Assembly (NCBI GenBank): GCA_965603825.1
Contig: CBFDEM010000021.1
Span: forward strand, 682,001 to 746,000
From: Blepharisma stoltei ATCC 30299
Taxonomy: Eukaryota > Protista > Ciliophora
DNA length: 64,000 nucleotides
Direction: 5' to 3'
Positions within the stretch are counted from its first letter, which is position 1; every line of letters starts with the position of its first letter. Position numbers and translations under genes: made by a program. Of this stretch, positions 61,190 through 64,000 are shown one piece after another. The notes beneath the pieces are model-generated. The model worked only from the letters and a program-made list of their open reading frames with translations, had not been told where the DNA came from and ran no database searches.

Positions 61190-61717
61190 CTCTTGGATTA
61201 TAAAGTTCTTGCGGTAATAATTTTTATTAACTTATTAATGCCATTAAATTAAAGAGAATAAAAAGAAATCAAATGAAATAAAAAGTCTACGAAAAAAATT
61301 AATTGAGAGATATCACGCTCTTAAAGCTTACATCTGCTATCAATTCTTTATCGCTGTTAAGCAAAGATACCTTTCGAACTTTTATGCTTGTCCTTTAACC
61401 TGAGGTGATACCAAGCTTAAATATTCAAAGCAACAACATAAAATTATAGATTTCTCGCTAGAAAAAATATTGGCTAGGAATAATTTCGAATAATTTGAAT
61501 AATGGAAAGGCGTTTTAATAGTTCTTTTCGGATTTATACTCAAATTTTAATCAAAGAATATCATATCAAAATGCTATAGCAGAAAAATTTTGCTTGAAAC
61601 CCAATGGTTTGTATTGAGCTTTTTTAATATGCTTTTCATCCAAATCAATTTTTTGATTTTCAAATTGAATTTGCTGATTTTATAGACTTTTTATCATTAA
61701 TCTTTCATTTCTATTAA

Positions 61718-63124
61718 TTAAGATATTAAAGAGACCATATTTGTTTGATCATTGCCACCAGATGTATAAATTCCAGCATCATATTGTTCTGAGATATCTT
61801 CAATCACCTTCTTGAACCTATCGTTAAACCTGACATCTAAAGTTTTGCTCCATTCATAGTCAGCCACTCTTCTATTTTCAATCTTTGAAGCCTCTGGAGG
61901 TGCATATTTGTAAAATTCTCCAAAGTGAGCTCTCTCGTCTCTATTTCTGTCTTCATAGTAAGTGACTAGAGGGAAATATTCATAGCTGTAGTCATCCCAA
62001 GGAACGGGCAAGAAATTTCCATTTTGGTCCTTTTTGCCCAGAGTCCATTCAACTTGATAAGCTTGCCCATAAACGAAATCAATATCCCATGGATCACCAG
62101 TGATCATATTTCTTGTGATTTTATAGTGAATAAGAGTATCAGTGACTTCAACTGTTGAAATAATGTCATTTGTTCCTCCTAGCAGCACATCGTCAGTATG
62201 TTTAACAGTGTCAGTTTTCGTGTAACCATCGACTAAAGCTCCATTAGGAAGATCTGCATAGTAGCTGTCTCTTACATACTCATCCTGCGGCAAATATGAT
62301 GGCTGGAACTGGAAAATTACGTAATGGTAGTCTTTAGCGGTCCATTGGGGAATGAAAATGTCAAGAGTAATTTTGTCTGGAACACTCAGATCCCAAGCTA
62401 CAGACATACCTCTCGCTAAAAATTCAGTTGCGATTCCCTTATTAAATTGTAAACCATCGAAATTAGTTGCCTGATCTCTTAAAGCTTTGAGTTCTGGACC
62501 AATGCTTTTTCTTTCTTCTTTGGCCTTTTCTGAGTTGAAATTTGGAATTCCAGTTAGATCTTTTTCGTGCCAAGGGCCATATCTTCTTCTATCATCGTCA
62601 TTCTTATCATTATAATCATCCATCATTAAAAAGTATTCAAAGCCCATATACCTCAAGCTATGCTGCTCAATAATTCCATCAATTATTGGACCTAGAGCCC
62701 ACTTTATTTGATATGGTCTTTTGTAACTGAATTGGACGTCATACTCATCTCCAGTTTGCAGCTTTCTTGTCATGCTTTGCACTAAATAATTTCCATCATA
62801 TCTACGTTCTGAAGTAATATCGTCAGTTCCTCCTAAGTCGGTATCAAATGGAGGCCTACCGTTAACGGTAGAAAATCTGTCGGTGAAGACTCCTCCGTCC
62901 ATGAATGCGATGTAATAATCACAACGAAAAGTTTCTTGAGAGTCTGCAGCATCTTGAATTGCTATACCAGCCCAGTCAAAAATCTTTTCGTATTGGCTTG
63001 GAATCCAAAATTCCATTGTCACTGTTTCTTGATCAGGGAAAAAGTACTTGAACATCATTCCATAAGGGAAATATTCAACACTTAGACTAGACGTTAGACA
63101 GAGTAGTGATATGAAATATATCAT
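61718..63124 (-). CDS. Secreted protein with two DOMON-like domains
   Basis: Signal peptide; two homologous units with D.DLGGT.DI, TR.L.TGD..D, W.LG. Confidence 0.82.
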   Translation of the reverse strand: MIYFISLLCLTSSLSVEYFPYGMMFKYFFPDQETVTMEFWIPSQYEKIFDWAGIAIQDAADSQETFRCDYYIAFMDGGVFTDRFSTVNGRPPFDTDLGGTDDITSERRYDGNYLVQSMTRKLQTGDEYDVQFSYKRPYQIKWALGPIIDGIIEQHSLRYMGFEYFLMMDDYNDKNDDDRRRYGPWHEKDLTGIPNFNSEKAKEERKSIGPELKALRDQATNFDGLQFNKGIATEFLARGMSVAWDLSVPDKITLDIFIPQWTAKDYHYVIFQFQPSYLPQDEYVRDSYYADLPNGALVDGYTKTDTVKHTDDVLLGGTNDIISTVEVTDTLIHYKITRNMITGDPWDIDFVYGQAYQVEWTLGKKDQNGNFLPVPWDDYSYEYFPLVTYYEDRNRDERAHFGEFYKYAPPEASKIENRRVADYEWSKTLDVRFNDRFKKVIEDISEQYDAGIYTSGGNDQTNMVSLIS

Positions 63125-64000
63125 TTTATTTTTATATTTAAATAATCCGTTAATAAATTTATGTATATGCTAACCGTTTTTATAGGTAAATGAACACAAA
63201 AGAAATTCTTAGATATGTTTAACGAATTAATAGAGCTTAAAGAAATCTTCAATAACAAGAGGATCTTGCTTTTAAATATTTGGATAAAAGATTCTAATAA
63301 TATAGAATATGAATGGGTTCTTAAAATTGAAGAATTTCTTCACTCATATTCAGATTGTATATAAATAATCAAAACTGCATATAAATTGTATGATGTTTTA
63401 AAGGTTTAAGTTTATATAATTATTTCTAAAAAATTAGTGAATGCTAACTATTAATAACAAAATAAAATCTTTAAGCTTATACTCATTATTTGCTTCTACA
63501 ATTATTATAAAGATTAAAATCAATAAGATAAATTTTGTTCTCTAATTGAAATTTGTAAATAGGAATACATAAATGAAGAAGATGGAAAGAATGCATATCA
63601 GACCACGTAAATAGATTTAAGCAAGGTCAGCAATATACATTTGAAGACTATTCATCTAAAATATAAGGTTTTACTTGGATTCAAAGCTTCTTTCCATTTT
63701 TCATTAGTTGAAAATACACAACGTTGTCGATTAAAGGACATTGTTACTTGATTCAGGATTGATATCAAGAAGTAATATGATTTCATCAGTCATTTGAAGC
63801 AAATTCATATATAAATATAGCCAATATTTGCTTCCAATAATATTAAATTGGAATTAAAATTATGATTTCTTTTGGCATTCATTTTAAAGCATGAAAAATG
63901 AAGTCTTTTTGATTGTTAAAATAATAAAGTGTTTTAAAAATAAAGAAAAGTAATTGTTTAATTGCTAGCAAAAAATAAAATGAAATACAGCAGTGAGCAA

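Noticed and set aside
1-64000. Prokaryotic systems (CRISPR, operons, IS elements), telomeric repeats, transposase genes, or selenocysteine as the explanation for TGA
   Set aside because: None seen on manual reading; the genes are eukaryotic with spliceosomal introns, and TGA aligns to conserved Trp rather than Cys.

Overview
AT-rich, very gene-dense eukaryotic DNA that reads as the somatic (macronuclear) genome of a heterotrich ciliate, most likely Blepharisma. Two features drive the annotation. First, TGA encodes Trp: it sits at invariant Trp positions in BEACH, Rab, NDUFA12, SFT2, UBA and voltage-sensor motifs, and the annotated genes end in TAA/TAG. Second, introns are 15-16 nt GT..AG with an A six bases from the 3' end. 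Re-joining the fragmented ORF track gives about 43 protein-coding genes, one tRNA and eight inferred tiny introns. The most striking gene (44703-47624) encodes one ~973-aa membrane protein: a Cys-rich loop and multi-TM region, then a pore-less S1-S4 voltage-sensor domain fused to a class I cyclic-nucleotide phosphodiesterase, i.e. a candidate voltage-sensing PDE. Other items of note are a mitochondrial-type ACP lacking its phosphopantetheine Ser, a tRNA(UCG) with a Trp-like body, a bacterial-type alpha/beta hydrolase lacking its nucleophile, two microproteins absent from the ORF track, and a PHD plus zf-4CXXC_R1-like protein. All calls come from manual reading and motif recall; no database searches were run.
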